Assembly: GCF_947568905.1 (NCBI RefSeq)
Contig: NC_079166.1
Span: 88,474,001-88,538,000, forward strand
DNA: 64,000 bases
Direction of reading: 5' to 3'
From: Ostrea edulis
Taxonomy: Eukaryota
Shown: in pieces, positions 45,117 to 58,560 of the stretch
Numbering within the stretch: position 1 is the stretch's first letter
Layout of the letters: every line of letters begins with the position of its first letter
Translations under genes and position numbers: made by a program
Notes under the pieces: model-generated
Database searches by the model: none
Told to the model about the DNA's origin: nothing
What the model saw: only the letters and a program-made list of their open reading frames with translations

Positions 45117-45901
45117 TTATGATCTAAGTCGCCTCATCTGTTCTGCCCGGGTCCTGCTGAGGTCATCCTTGCACACCTTTTTACACCAGTACTGGTTGAA
45201 TCGACATTTGCGTCCGCAGACCATGTACTGTTCTCGGTAAAAGGTATACGCTCCTTTAGTACGGCAAGTATTCATGCAGGATATAGCGCCAACTAGACAG
45301 GAAGTCTGACATCTGTAAAATGAGAACCGTTGGCGATGGAGTCCCACAACCCGATTAATTTTCTTTGTGATTTTGGAAATGACTGCTTTTGCTTTTACGA
45401 CAGACTTGGAGGTTGAGCTCGGTTTTTGTACATTGCCATACGGAATGATCACCCCCTTGGATCCGACATTTTGTGTCCCTGCTGAGTTGACAGATGGCGC
45501 TGTCATGATGTCATTTGTGTTGGCTTCGACTGCGTCTTCCTGTTCCTCCTCAGCCTCGTTTTCATCATTCTCCTCACTACTGTCATCTGCCATGGTAACC
45601 ATGGAAGCAGAGAGTAAGACAAGGAGCAGAGCAAGATACTTGACATAATCCTGAAATAAAGCAGGACAATATGATTATAATATGAATGCAAAGTCTGCGC
45701 CACAATGACATCATTATCACGTGATCACACGAAAAGTGACATGTAAGTCAATGTTCACGGATCAGATCTATGATTTTAAATCGATATATTTAAAACGTTT
45801 CATTTTTGTTTTTAAAAAAAATTGTATAGAATTTTTTTTTTTCGTTCTGAAAAAAAAGTTACATTGCGTAAAATGAGAATAAATCTGCTTACCATTTTCA
45901 T
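45117..45901 (-). CDS. Secreted acidic protein with DDSSEE and C-terminal 8-Cys domain (paralog B), about 180 aa
   Basis: Exon 1 ends ATGAAAATG|GTAAG (45901-45893). Acceptor TTTATTTCAG| precedes exon 2 (45650-45117), in frame: MKMDYVKYLALLLVLLSASMVTMA-DDSSEENDENEAEEEQE...SKITKKINR...CQTSCLVGAISCMNTC-x15-CGRKCRFNQYWCKKVC. A TATA box lies upstream. Confidence 0.9.
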
Positions 45902-45980
45902 AGACAGGTTTTTTGGACGTATGTAAGCAAACTTGAACTCTGACAAACTGATTCTACACAAGACATAGCCACCCTCAGCT

Positions 45981-45988
45981 TATATATA
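45981..45988 (-). promoter_or_regulatory. Putative TATA box of paralog B
   Basis: GGTATATATAAG on the minus strand, about 80 nt upstream of the start codon. Confidence 0.5.
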
Positions 45989-47733
45989 CCAGATAAAAGG
46001 AGAATGAATTATTCATGACATTGTACGGGAGCATTCCTTCGGCGTGTCATGTCATGATAAGATGATTAAATTAATCATACTATTCAATTTCTGAATGCAT
46101 ATTTACATTTTAATATTAGCAATAAACAAACTTTCCCCTCAATAATGTAATTATCACAGGGAATTAACGAAGGGCAGGTAAGAGAATACATTATGGAGCG
46201 GGAAATAACTTAATAAATGCGTGCGCGCAGGTTAAGTAACGGGGCACTCGACGAGGACGGAGAAATTTACTATAGAAGAAGTAGGTCTATGGGGCGGATA
46301 AATCTGTGCAGCTTCTTTAAATTTCTTCATCGATGTTTGTTTATGAAGATAATTGAACAACTTGGACCAGAACACGCCGAGCGCAGTTTAACGTGTAAAT
46401 ATGTAGAGTCACATTTAAAACGAAAGATAATTTTACTTGCCCAAGTCTGAATCTATATTGAAAATGTAAACAGATTGGTAAGCAAAAAATCTTTTCTTTT
46501 TGGAAGAATTTACAAATACAAATTACAATAACCAGCTCTCAATTCAGGCGTAAAAAAAATATATTGTGGTAGGGACACCATTTTTTATTTTAGTTGTTCG
46601 GGGCGAGGGCAGATGATTTTGGCCTTAGATAACTTTGTTTTCTGCCAGCATGATTCTTAGACTCTAGGGTGTACAATCGGCGAAAGGACACGGGTATATG
46701 AGGTATGTCCTACTATGAAAGTCCTTCATATCACTTTATATACAATTATGATAAAAATATCAGGAAGGCGATTGAGTATGCTCGACTAAGCCCTTTGCTT
46801 CTTCGGGAGTATCATGAATATTGTTAAGTTACAAAGGTACATAGTGAATGCAGAGTAGCATGGATTTATTTTATGAATGTAGCGTTGACACTTTAAAGAA
46901 CACTCACTGCTACAGCCCTGGGCGCTAAGCATGAGTCTAAATTTATGGTACTTCACTCACAGTTGGTGGCGTCTGAATATGAGTGAAAAATTCTCGACGG
47001 GACGTAAAACAAACTCAGATACCGAATAGTCGGGTTTTTTGTAGTATACATGCACGTTCACCAAAGTTTTATTCACCCAAATTTTGTATAATGTCGGAGG
47101 ATTTTGCAAAATCTTTTAATCGATCAAACTTGGAAATATTCTTTTGGAGAACTTTTATTCATTAGGTATAATAAAAAGAATAGTAAACTATTTGATAATG
47201 AAAAAAATAAGTTTTCTATAATAATCAATTACCGGTATCTATAGTATAAAATGCTGTCAAGGGCAATAACTCCTCATATGCTGGTCATTTCTGTTATACA
47301 TTAAATACTAGCACACAATGATTTCACCCATATCCACAATTAATTCATACATTTTCATAGAGTAGCATTTTTTTAAACTGTTAACATTAGATTTTTTTAA
47401 TTTTAACCATTTAAAGAAAAATCCAACATATTTTTATATTACTGTATGCTGTTTCAACGAAAATATGTGATTTTCAGATGTTGACATAATTAATGCTTCC
47501 GCTTTTGTATGTCTGACATCTTTAAAAAGGTTACAAAATATACATTTTCTTTGGTTATTGATTAAATTAAACTGTATTAAGTGGAAATTAATACAGTTTT
47601 TCCACTCTGAACCCATAATTGGCCGAAAGTCGCATGAGGGTGGAGCTTTTTATTGTAATTTTTTGACAAATATTCATAAATCACACACCGTTCACTTTTT
47701 GGGGGCATGTTATATCATCTAAATAATAAAATA

Positions 47734-47867
47734 CTTTCTTTGTTGTTTCATCGGGTGATGAAGGTAGAAAGCATTGGGGGAAAAAAATTCATAAACCGCG
47801 TAAACGGGTTATATATTTTTTCTGCAATGATGGCTTCTTTCATCACCCGATGAAACAACAAAGAAAG
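47734..47867. repeat. 29-bp perfect inverted repeat with 76-nt spacer (MITE-like)
   Basis: CTTTCTTTGTTGTTTCATCGGGTGATGAA ... TTCATCACCCGATGAAACAACAAAGAAAG. Confidence 0.75.
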
Positions 47868-50489
47868 ACATTTTATTGTTTATATTTCTGTGTATGTTTT
47901 AAAAAATATATACCAGATTTAAGAATTAAAATATTAGATGGTTGACCCATTCGTTACGTTGGAACAGCCAATGCACCCTTTGACCTTGATGACGCTCCAT
48001 ATTTGGTAATGATTACGTGAACGGGCAGTACTAAAGGCTGGAGTTTGCAATGCATTCATTGTCTTTGATGAAAGCAATGTCAATTTCAAAAGAAATATAA
48101 GAGAAAAGATTCAGTGAATGTAAATGTTATCAAAGGTATTTTAAATCACGCAAGGAGACGGGGTTTATTTTAGGTTTACACCCCCCCCCCTCTCCTTTGT
48201 ATACCATATGACTGCAGTGTCGGCAAAACATAAAATTTACATTAAAATGGTAAGTACTGTGTTGACAGCTTATAGTTACAAGCGTCCACGGGTTCCGAAT
48301 AACCAAAACATTTACTAGACTCCGAGTTCAACCGGAGGTGTATGTTCAACACGATGTCAAGGTTAATTGATTAACTGTTCTGACAGGTTCACATGTAAAA
48401 TTGACATTGATGTCCTTTCCGCTAATTAATCGCTTTATAGACCGAATTTTAATTAATGATATGCAGATTTCAAGCAATGATTACAGAGAATGTACTTAGT
48501 AGGTATATAGATTTAATCAGTCTGTTAGCCTTGATTAATAGGTGCTGAGTTGCCTCGCGGCTCTATGGCATTGTAAAGTCTAGGATATTTAATAAAATGT
48601 TTCAATAAATTTCATCGATATATAAAGGGATCATTATGTAACGTGCGTTTGTATGTATACACGTTTGAAATAGATAATCTTTAGTTAAAACATTTATAGG
48701 TGTCGAGTCCTTCAGTGGCGAATACTAGAGTAAACGGCCAATGAAATAGATATAATATACTGAGTCTTCGTGATGAAACACTATCATACTTACAATGTAC
48801 ATAATGTATATACATATTTACAGTCGCCAATGTGTCGTCAATCAGTATCCTTCCCGCATTCAATATTTAAACATACCATAGGCGGATCCAGGAATTTGTG
48901 AAAGGGATGTGGGTCTAGCACTTAATCTTTTAGCTACTTTACACAATCTCCACCCCACCCCATTTACACCTTTTTCTTGTGTACATAACATTTTAGGGGG
49001 GATCTTGTGACAGCTTATACATGAGAATGATTTGTGTCATTCACTACTTGTTTCCTAATCTTCTAGTCATTGTTACATGTATCGCTATAATCATGCAGAT
49101 CTGATTGCAAATATTTTTTTTAAACGCCGAGTTAAAGGTTACTCCCAATAGGCCTGGGGTAAATGATGCAAAATCCTGCATTCTGAAGATTTCCAGGCAC
49201 TTCCTTTTCACTTTTAAATTGTCTACTTCTTAAAAAACCGTTATGTTAAGTATAATTATATATTTTTTAAGAATTCTTAAATGATACACTGGTGTTGATC
49301 AATTTGAATGACGCAATTACATGTAAGCGTCCATCTTTCATACCATTTGACTCAAAGTCTCGTTAAAATTTAATAACTTAATTTTTTGGTTCACCAAAAG
49401 GGGGAGGGGTCCGGACCTCCTGGAAACACAACACCCCCCATTCTGGAACCGCCCTTACATCCCCATGTAGGAATTTATACTGACGTCCAAAGGTCTACAT
49501 CTAGTTTAATTTTACAATGTAAAATGTTTGTAGGGGTGGGGCGTGTGTGTGTAAAACAATGAAAGTTTGAGAGAATGTTCTATGTATTTGCAACCCCCCC
49601 CCCTCCCTACAGACTTCACATTAATTCCTGGAATAAATGCACTTCAATACATTCAAATCACGACACACCTGTTAACTAAATTATGCAATATATTTGATGA
49701 GAAAGTTATTACAAACATGTTTTTATATGTAAAATACAATTTAACGTATGGACAGTAATTTATTCTCATTATTTCTCAATTCTAAAGTCCAAAATAGTCG
49801 GGGAATTTGCAGTAGTAAAAAAAAGATGGAGGAAAAATGGTTTTGTGGAATAATGATATTAGTATAAAATATATCAGATTTCATTGTTGAGAAAGACATG
49901 AAATCGTGAGTTTGTAAGTATAAATTGTGAAGTTGAAAACTTTGAGTGATGTATATTTACAGATCATAAAACTCTTTGAACCTAATCCTTTGTTCGACTG
50001 TCAGGATGCCAGTATGTTTGTTCTGAGGACATAGGATAAAAGTTTTGGGAAAACCAGTTTTCAGAACACGTGATAACCATAAGACACATTTGCGGATACA
50101 CAGAAACCACGTTTGGGGACACACACGTACAGTATCCAGCTCCGAGAACAATATGGTCCGCAAATGTAGTCGTCAGAGGAATGCCATCTATAACTTCACA
50201 AATGTTCTCATGTACGGGAAATGTATCGTGAGAGAAGGGTTTTATGATTTGTGGTCACAAAATTTATCGATTAGATCAGTCGCGCATTTATGAATATCAA
50301 TTAATCAGTATTTACGTGTTGACACCAAATCACATGTATTATGTAAATTTCACATATATATCGATAGATTTAAATGATGTATAATACCATTCTTATTGAT
50401 GTCGATCGCTGATCTAGACAGGGGATTGTTATAATATGAAATGGCGGTCATCACTGTTAATATTCACGCATGCAAGTATTCTTTATCTG

Positions 50490-50842
50490 ATTCTCTTTCT
50501 GTCTCTCTATCTACATTTATTTCTTTCTGTCTCTCTATCTACATTTATTTCTCTTTCTGTCTATCTACATTTATTTCTCTTTCTGTCTCTCTATCTACAT
50601 TTATTTCTCTTCCTGTCTCTCTATCTACATTTATTTCTCTTCCTGTCTCTCTATCTACATTTATTTCTCTTTCTGTCTCTCTATCTACATTTATTTCTCT
50701 TCCTGTCTCTCTATCTACATTTATTTCTCTTTCTGTCTCTCTATCTACATTTATTTCTCTTTCTGTCTCTCTATCTACATTTATTTCTCTTCCTGTCTCT
50801 CTATCTACATTTATTTCTCTTTCTGTCTCTCTATCTACATTC
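50490..50842 (+). repeat. 30-bp pyrimidine-rich minisatellite (about 11 units)
   Basis: TCTCTCTATCTACATTTATTTCTCTTTCTG; explains ORFs 50436-50905. Confidence 0.95.
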
Positions 50843-51839
50843 ATCTCTCACTATCAGAATATTCTTTTAACTTACTATGAACATAATTTTTATATACATG
50901 TATAACCTAATATTATTTTATTCATACAATCATTTTTATGACCGATTTTCAAACACGTTTCAAAAAGAATTCTAATGAAAAAAGATGCCTTAAAATTGAT
51001 TTTATCAAATACTTCCTAACTATTGTACAATTTTGCCTTATACTACATAAATGTGGCAGTATTTTCTGGCTTTTTTTTTTTTTACCCCCCCCCTTTTTTA
51101 TCCCTTTATCTATTTGTTTGGTTTAGCCCGCCCTCTCCCTATAAACAGGGTAATAAGATAGATACATGTCCATCGTAATAAGCATGCTGACTGTAATATT
51201 AAATTGAATTTGTATATAAGTATACTGGGAAATACATCCCTATTGTCCGAACACTACAGACAGAATATTGGTACGCAAGATTGAAAACATATTAGTGTTG
51301 ATCGCTTTTTCCTGTATTTCTAATCAATCCGATACTATATTTATAACGAGAGAAAAAAATCACCTTTTTGTCAAACCATTCTCGGGTTTTCCTTGTGGAA
51401 AGTTGAAAATGATAACACAATACAGATTTATTGAAGATCGATGGAACCCCCCCCCCCCCCTCCCCGATGATTTTCAGATTTATGAATGGTTTTGCAGAAA
51501 TCCCAATATCTTAGACGATTTGATTCTATATAAACTTTTATCATCATATGGCTTTTACTAGCTTCAGCCTCCCCCATCAATTTCGAATTGTCTCCTTGAA
51601 TCTCTTTGATTTTTTATTTGTTTTGGCGACAATGTGGGACATTCATTCCTTAGCCTGACCCACATCAATAGGAAATACTCTACAACGAATTCAGGCTCCT
51701 CAATTGACGTATTCCAGGATCGATCGACACTGTAATGAAATAACCTCATACTATTTGCCTAGTTTATAAATTTGAAAGTGGATGCATTGAATATGATTTC
51801 TTCTGTGTACTTATCTAATTCCAATAAAATTCAATAACT

Positions 51840-51842
<3 letters not shown>

Positions 51843-51897
<55 letters not shown>
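51843..51897 (+). repeat. (TC)n microsatellite
   Basis: Pure TC run. Confidence 0.98.
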
Positions 51898-51900
<3 letters not shown>

Positions 51901-52118
51901 CTATCTATCCCATAGTCCTGGGGACCGTTAGGACATCACAGAATCTGACAACCAGTCAATCTTGTTCTGTTAATTAAACAGATAAAGATGGGTGTAACCC
52001 TGTCATTCAAAAGGAAATTAACAGAAACTTATCACTGAATTTTTCTGAAAAGATGGCTGCTTTTCTTTGAATTGTCGAAGCATACCTATTTTTCCTCTAT
52101 CTCTGTTTTTTTGTTGTT

Positions 52119-52165
<47 letters not shown>

Positions 52166-53020
52166 TACTCCAACATTCCCATTTGGTTGGAGGAAATATA
52201 TCGAAAATGTCTCAACGACGTTCTAGAATGAGAACTTGAAGATCTCATTTGACATTAAGTTAATTGAACTAATTAATGCACTATGACTTATTAGCGTGCG
52301 TATTTTCAATATAACTGGCGGAAAGAAAACGTCCAATCGTTCTATTCAGTGTAAAATCATGTCAAATAGCATTTTATAATTGTATGAATATAAATAATGC
52401 ATGATTATGCATTAAATCTGACACAATTTAGCTCATTAATTAACAAACTAAATTTTCTGAAAGAGAGAGAGAGAAAGAGAGAGACAGAGACCCCAATATT
52501 CATAACTATAAACCTGATTATGATAAGAGTAATTATCGCAGTCATATTTAATTTAAAGTTCCAACAAATTTTGGATATACTTAAAATTAAGGGGGAAAAC
52601 CGCGTTCTCGGTGAATGTAATTTGACGTGTTAAATACCAGTCGTCCAAGGCGCCGTATGTAAACTGCCGCATTTCTTAATCAACGGTGATTTAATCCAAT
52701 CAATGTAAGAGTTCCGTTTCATCACCCACCTGTTCCTACCAGGTACTGATTTAACGGACTGCCGCCCAGAAACCGGAAAGGCGCGAGAAATCTCGCCGCC
52801 GCAGGTAAACTATCGCGCCGTGCGATATCGGTTCGAGATGAGCTTGCTGTGCTTGGATTCGTAAGAACGATTAGCAATAAAGCGTTGACATACGCAGAAT
52901 GGAGAAAGATTCTCAGGACCTAGTCCGCTCCACAATTATCACTCCAAGACACCACGCTCGTATTTGTAAAAAATCAAGACTTTCTTCCGTGACACTAATA
53001 CATTTCTCAGGAAAATATCC

Positions 53021-53029
53021 TTATATAGA
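53021..53029 (+). promoter_or_regulatory. Putative TATA box of the bHLH gene
   Basis: TTATATAGA about 110 nt upstream of the ATG at 53131, downstream of a CpG-rich block (about 52640-52900). Confidence 0.4.
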
Positions 53030-53130
53030 AGACCCTCCCTAAACCCGGTATTCTGTTAGGTTAGTTTCCCAGCACTGTTATAGTACTGGGTATCGTTCAG
53101 CACCGTTACAGCACGGTTCTATGTAATAAA

Positions 53131-55222
53131 ATGTACAGCAATACCATAACTGCCCATATGTGCATCTCCAAAACCACAGAAAACTGGAATTCTACCCGAA
53201 AATCCACCAGAAGGAAACGCAAGCATATCCCGCACGCCCAGAGGTCTTCCGAGTATGTTGATAGGCGCAACAGAAGAGAGCGGAATAGGATACAGGCGGT
53301 AAATGAAGCGTTTGAGGGACTCCGACGGAAAGTCCCGACGTGCGGACAGGATCCGGAACTGAGGATTTCAAAGATGGAGGTGCTGACGAACGCTATCGGC
53401 TACATTGAGTATATGTGTCAAATTCTGGGCTTCAGGAACTTTGTGGAGTATTGCCGAGTTATGGGGACTGGCAAGATGAAAGAGAACCCCCCAGCAATAT
53501 CTCAGGTATAACTCCTCGTCAGCGGAACACCCTTCATAAGTATAATAATCTACAAACTAATTTAAACATATTAAATAAGTATAATAATTTATGTATATGA
53601 AATTTACTAATCTGAACAAATTAAGTATGATAATCCATATATATATGAACTCATCTGAACATATTCAATAAGTATAATAATCTATTTGTATGAACTAATT
53701 TAAACATACTATAATAAGTATATAATAATCTATGTGTATGAACTAATTTAAACATACTGAATATGTATATAATAGTCTATGTGTATGAACTAATTTATAC
53801 ATACTGAATATGTATATAATAATCTATGTGTATGAACTAATTTATACATACTATAATAAGTATATAATAATCTATGTATATGAACTAATTTAAACATACA
53901 TGTACTATAATAAGTATATAATAATCTATGTGTATGAACTAATTTAAACATACTATAATAAGTATATAATAATCTATGTGTATGAACTAATTTAAACATA
54001 CTATAATAAGTATATAATAATCTATGTATATGAACTAATTTATACATACTATAATAAGTATATAATAATCTATGTGTATGAACTAATTTAAACATACTAT
54101 AATAAGTAAATAATAATCTATGTGTAAGAAATTTATGTTTACCAGTGCATAATGTCTCGGAACTTTTAAAACAATTCGGAGCTTTTCCAAAATGGAAATG
54201 TTTCATGTGTACTGACTTTTTTAAGAATAAGAATTAATGGCTAAAAGTTCTATCCACAGAATTCTCCATCATCTCACTGACGTCAAATCAGGTTACCGGA
54301 GTTTTAATACTTTTACGGAAAATAGTACGAATGTAACAGAATTGTAGTTTTAATGTATCGAGGAATTTCGTTGTCTTTTTTTTTTATTGAGATATTCGTG
54401 TTTTTCACACGGAAACGAATGAATGCAACGTCGACTTTTGTGTTTAGGCAGTACTTATTCATGAACAATCTAGAAACTTGCCAAATTGTGGCTCCGAGAT
54501 ACTTAAAAGCCAAACATATCGTTCTGCTGAGTCCATGAAGCCCGGCATGGCGTCCGAAAGAAAATTAGTTACATGTACATGTAATGTTAGTGATGTCCAC
54601 TTCTTACATTTTCTGGTTTTAAAATTAAATTAATTGTCAATACATAACAACACAGATCTAGAAATATTGTAAAGAGACTGCTTTAAATTTAGGTAATTAC
54701 CCCCCCCCCTCTCTCTCTCTCTCTCTAGCTCTGATTCAACAAGAAATAAGAAATTGTTAGTTAGTACTAGCATAAGAGACAGCGAATAACACGAGATTCT
54801 TTTGTTTTCAGGGTTGGGAAGCAATGTATAATGGCCAAAAACTGTCCATCTGCCCGGGCGGTCTGAGAGAATCCATCTGCCCAGGCGGTCTGAGAGAAAG
54901 ACCCACTAATGCGGGAACACCTTGGCCCCAGACAGTTCCCTCCGCCGGCCCCTGGGGATCCAGCAAACCCTTCTCGACGTCTTATTGTTCTCCAGAGACG
55001 TCATCATCACGTGATTGCTCCCGTATGGATCAAACTTGTACCTACAATTCACATAATTCCGGGGAAATAGAAACATTTTGTGAGTTTTCAGAGGGAATTT
55101 TCGAGGAACCGAGTTACGCCCCTTGGAATGATGGACAGTCGGTTAACTTACTGAACACTTTCCAGCACCAGTCCAAGTTCAACCAATCAGATTGCCTCTA
55201 TAATTCTGTTACTTGGAATTAA
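53131..55222 (+). CDS. Achaete-scute-like bHLH transcription factor, about 261 aa, 2 exons
   Basis: Exon 1 (53131-53505) encodes RKHIPH...VDRRNRRERNRIQAVNEAFEGLRRKVP...LRISKMEVLTNAIGYIEYMCQILG, a full basic-HLH; RNxRERxRxxxVNxAF is ASC/proneural-like. Donor CAG|GTATAA joins in phase 0 to acceptor TTTGTTTTCAG|GGT at 54812, which is in frame with ORF 54824-55222. The exon 2 link is inferred. Confidence 0.85.
53640..54130 (+). repeat. 48-bp AT-rich minisatellite in the bHLH intron
   Basis: ATAATAAGTATATAATAATCTATGTGTATGAACTAATTTAAACATACT; explains ORF 53790-54206. Confidence 0.92.
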
Positions 55223-55711
55223 TTGTTTGTATTTTAAAATGAAAAAATATATATATATTCAAATTTATTAAAATATTTCAATGTCAAGTTTAACGCCTCT
55301 TTTAATCTGTTCTTTCGGCAGACATCATTTACCATGCTCCGAGTTACGTTTATTTCAGAACGGTTGGCAAGTAGAAATATTATGTCGGTTTCATTACAAT
55401 TTTACTGCAACGTGCAAAAACCTGTATTAGGTCAATATGACGTTTAGGTACAATGTAAATGACGAGTACAATATTCACAGAGTGTAAGGTGAATATATAT
55501 TGTTTCTGTAGGGTCGCTAAAGTGTCATACTGACTTAGAAAATAACAAATTGTTTCACTGCATGATCGAACAGACCATTAGAGCTACATAACGATATATC
55601 GGCAGCCATCTTTATATACAGATAGACTGCAAGACCCAACACACAAGTGATCAGAGACAGGAGTTTGTATTCCTTAAGTGTCCAAACAATTACATTTTCC
55701 AATGTTTGAAA

Positions 55712-56046
55712 CCGCCGCGGTGGTCTAGAGGTAGAGCATTCGCCCTGCATGCGGAAGGTCGGGGTTCGAATCCCGGCCGCAGCAGACCTAAGGCGTTAAA
55801 ACAGGTAGTGACAATTCCATCGCCAAACGCTCGTCATCAGGTGTGAATGTTGCGGGTCCTCGAAGATGACCTAAAAAACGGATGTCCCGTGCCACAGTAA
55901 GTGAGATACGCTAGAGAACCCTCACTGCCCAATGACCATAAGTGCCAAGCATTGGCCTAAATTTGAAGCCCTTCACAGATATTAGTGACGTCTCCATATG
56001 AAAGAAAAATTCTAGAGATGGACGTTAAACAATATACAATCAATCA
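55712..56046 (+). mobile_element. Full-length tRNA-derived SINE
   Basis: Head GCCGCGGTGGTCTAGAGGTAGAGC...GGTTCGAATCCCGGC (A and B boxes), a body sharing its 3' half with the 19023 family, and an AATC tail. Confidence 0.88.
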
Positions 56047-56109
56047 AGTTTTGCCTTTGATATTTTTACCCATGGAAAGTATAGTCATTTTCTCACGAAT
56101 GTGCTCAAA

Positions 56110-56296
56110 ATCACACGGCTCTCACCTCCGGTCGGCGCGGGTTCAAATCTGGTGAGAAAGTTTCCCAGTTTACTTGCAGAAGGTCGGTGGTCTCCCCAGG
56201 TACATTGTATCTGGGTTCTCTCTTCCCCCAATAAAAACTGTGCGCCACCAAATAACTGAAAAATTGTTGAGTGTGGCGGAAACCATCAATCAATCA
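56110..56296 (+). mobile_element. Second SINE (5'-truncated, different family)
   Basis: GGTTCAAATC B-box remnant, AGGTCGGTGGTCTCCCCAGG...CCAATAAAAACTG.GCGCCAC...TTGTTGAGTGTGGCG, and an (AATC)n tail. Confidence 0.7.
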
Positions 56297-56556
56297 TGAA
56301 TGTGAACGATGTTCGTATGAATCTGTAGTGTGCACGTGACTATTTTAACGACTGGGAATTTCCAGACAGAATTGGAAATAGAAAGTAAAAAATAAAAGAT
56401 ATATAGAATACATGAGAGTCTGACCAGCAACGCTTCATGGAGTGCGCAGGCGTCCAGCATATTGTAGTACATACCCCTCATGGAATTCATTTCTTAAATG
56501 ATTTAAAGAGGGTACTAAAAGATTTAAAACGTCTGAAACAATTTCTGATCAGTCGT

Positions 56557-57660
56557 ATTCACATCAACAGCTGATTAAGTTTGATGTTACGTTTTAATTC
56601 ACATCAACAGTTGATTAAGTTTGATGTTACGTTTTAATTCACATCAACAGCTGATTAAGTTTGATGTTACGTTTTAATTCACATCAACAGCTGATTAAGT
56701 TTGATGTTACGTTAATTCACATCAACAGCTGATTAAGTCTGATGTTACGTTAATTCACATCAACAGCTGATTAAGTTTGATGTTACGTTTTAATTCACAT
56801 TAACAGCTGATTAAGTTTGATGTTACGTTAATTCACATCAACAGCTGATTAAGTTTGATGTTACGTTAATTCACATCAACAGCTGATTAAGTTTGATGTT
56901 ACGTTTTAATTCACATTAACAGCTGATTAAGTTTGATGTTACGTTTTAATTCACATTAACAGCTGATTAAGTTTGATGTTACGTTAATTCACATCAACAG
57001 CTGATTAAGTTTGATGTTACGTTTTAATTCACATTAACAGCTGATTAAGTTTGATGTTACGTTAATTCACATCAACAGCTGATTAAGTTTGATGTTACGT
57101 TTTAATTCACATTAACAGCTGATTAAGTTTGATGTTACGTTAATTCACATCAACAGCTGATTAAGTTTGATGTTACGTTAATTCACATCAACAGCTGATT
57201 AAGTTTGATGTTACGTTTTAATTCACATCAACAGCTGATTAAGTTTGATGTTACGTTTTAATTCACATTAACAGCTGATTAAGTTTGATGTTACGTTAAT
57301 TCACATCAACAGCTGATTAAGTTTGATGTTACGTTTTAATTCACATTAACAGCTGATTAAGTTTGATGTTACGTTTTAATTCACATTAACAGCTGATTAA
57401 GTTTGATGTTATGTTTTAATTCACATTAACAGCTGATTAAGTTTGATGTTACGTTTTAATTCACATTAACAGCTGATTAAGTTTGATGTTACGTTTTAAT
57501 TCACATTAACAGCTGATTAAGTTTGATGTTACGTTTTAATTCACATTAACAGCTGATTAAGTTTGATGTTACGTTTTAATTCACATTAACAGCTGATTAA
57601 GTTTGATGTTACGTTTTAATTCACATTAACAGCTGATTAAGTTTGATGTTACGTTTTAAT
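56557..57660 (+). repeat. 40/38-bp minisatellite (about 28 units), each with a CAGCTG E-box
   Basis: AATTCACATCAACAGCTGATTAAGTTTGATGTTACGTTTT. Confidence 0.97.
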
Positions 57661-58560
57661 GAAGTCCCTCCTCTCACAGTTATAGTAGAAGACGTCGAAG
57701 TAAGCAGACACAAGTTTTCATTCAACAACCAAACAATAACGTTGTAATTAAGGACTTTTAAATCCTGTATTTCAAATGACATATCAAAATACAGGGGCGT
57801 CAAGGATCAAATTTTAATCAGATTGATGGTATCGAATCATTTTTGGCTCGATATTGGGGAAATAAAAATGTTGTATTCACATAGGAGGCACTTGCAGGTG
57901 AGCGTAATGTTCGATTTATAAATACAGAATTACTAGTGGGTACCCCCCCCCCCCTCAATAAAATAAAAAGTCTCCCTTCAGAGATTGGGTTTTCTTATAT
58001 TGGGGCAACATTGATGAGTGGACGATGAAGACAATATTGAGGGCCATTGTAAATTTATACAATTGTATCTTGTCGATGTCATCCATCTTACAATAAAATT
58101 GTACAGCTAAATGTAGTCAAAAGTTTGAAGGGTTAAAGGGTTAGCAACATAGGACTACTTTTTGGTATTCTTATAATTTGACCATGTTGAGCTTGAAGAA
58201 ATGTGTCAAGGTCAACAAGAGGCCCACAGGCGTTATTGGTGGTCACCTGTGTATTATTTACAAGTATTACTAGTTCCAAGGGCTATGGAATCTCGAAAAA
58301 AAAAATCTGTTCTGAACGTGGAAGCTAAATTCTAATATTCAGCAACAGTATCAAACAAGGTGTGTACCTTAAACTTAAACAAAAGTGCCTACACTGATGG
58401 AAGTCTTTACATAATATTGTATGTAACATCAATATGATATGATTAACATGAACCTGTCGATGAGGAAAATCCTGGGGTTGTGAAATTCATAATTTCGGTA
58501 CATCTTTTCTGCTCTTCCTAAACATGCATTTAATTTCTATAAAGTATCAGCCAATGTAAA

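Noticed and set aside
48265-48300. GTTACAAGC motif reminiscent of a twister ribozyme
   Set aside because: The flanking UAAC/P1-P2 elements and pseudoknot partners are missing.
49957-51749. Short minus-strand ORFs 49957-50163 and 51564-51749 with protein-like composition
   Set aside because: No recognisable domain, no partner exons in a consistent phase, and too short to distinguish from decayed TE sequence without a search.
53506-53640. Idea that the 48-bp bHLH intron satellite is also donor-seeded
   Set aside because: The array starts more than 30 nt after the donor and shares only a GTATAA-like hexamer with it.
55712-55785. tRNA-Ala(TGC)-like gene
   Set aside because: The acceptor stem is incomplete and the sequence continues directly into a SINE body and AATC tail, so it is a SINE head. 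The same applies to the heads at 3520-3592 and 22812-22880.
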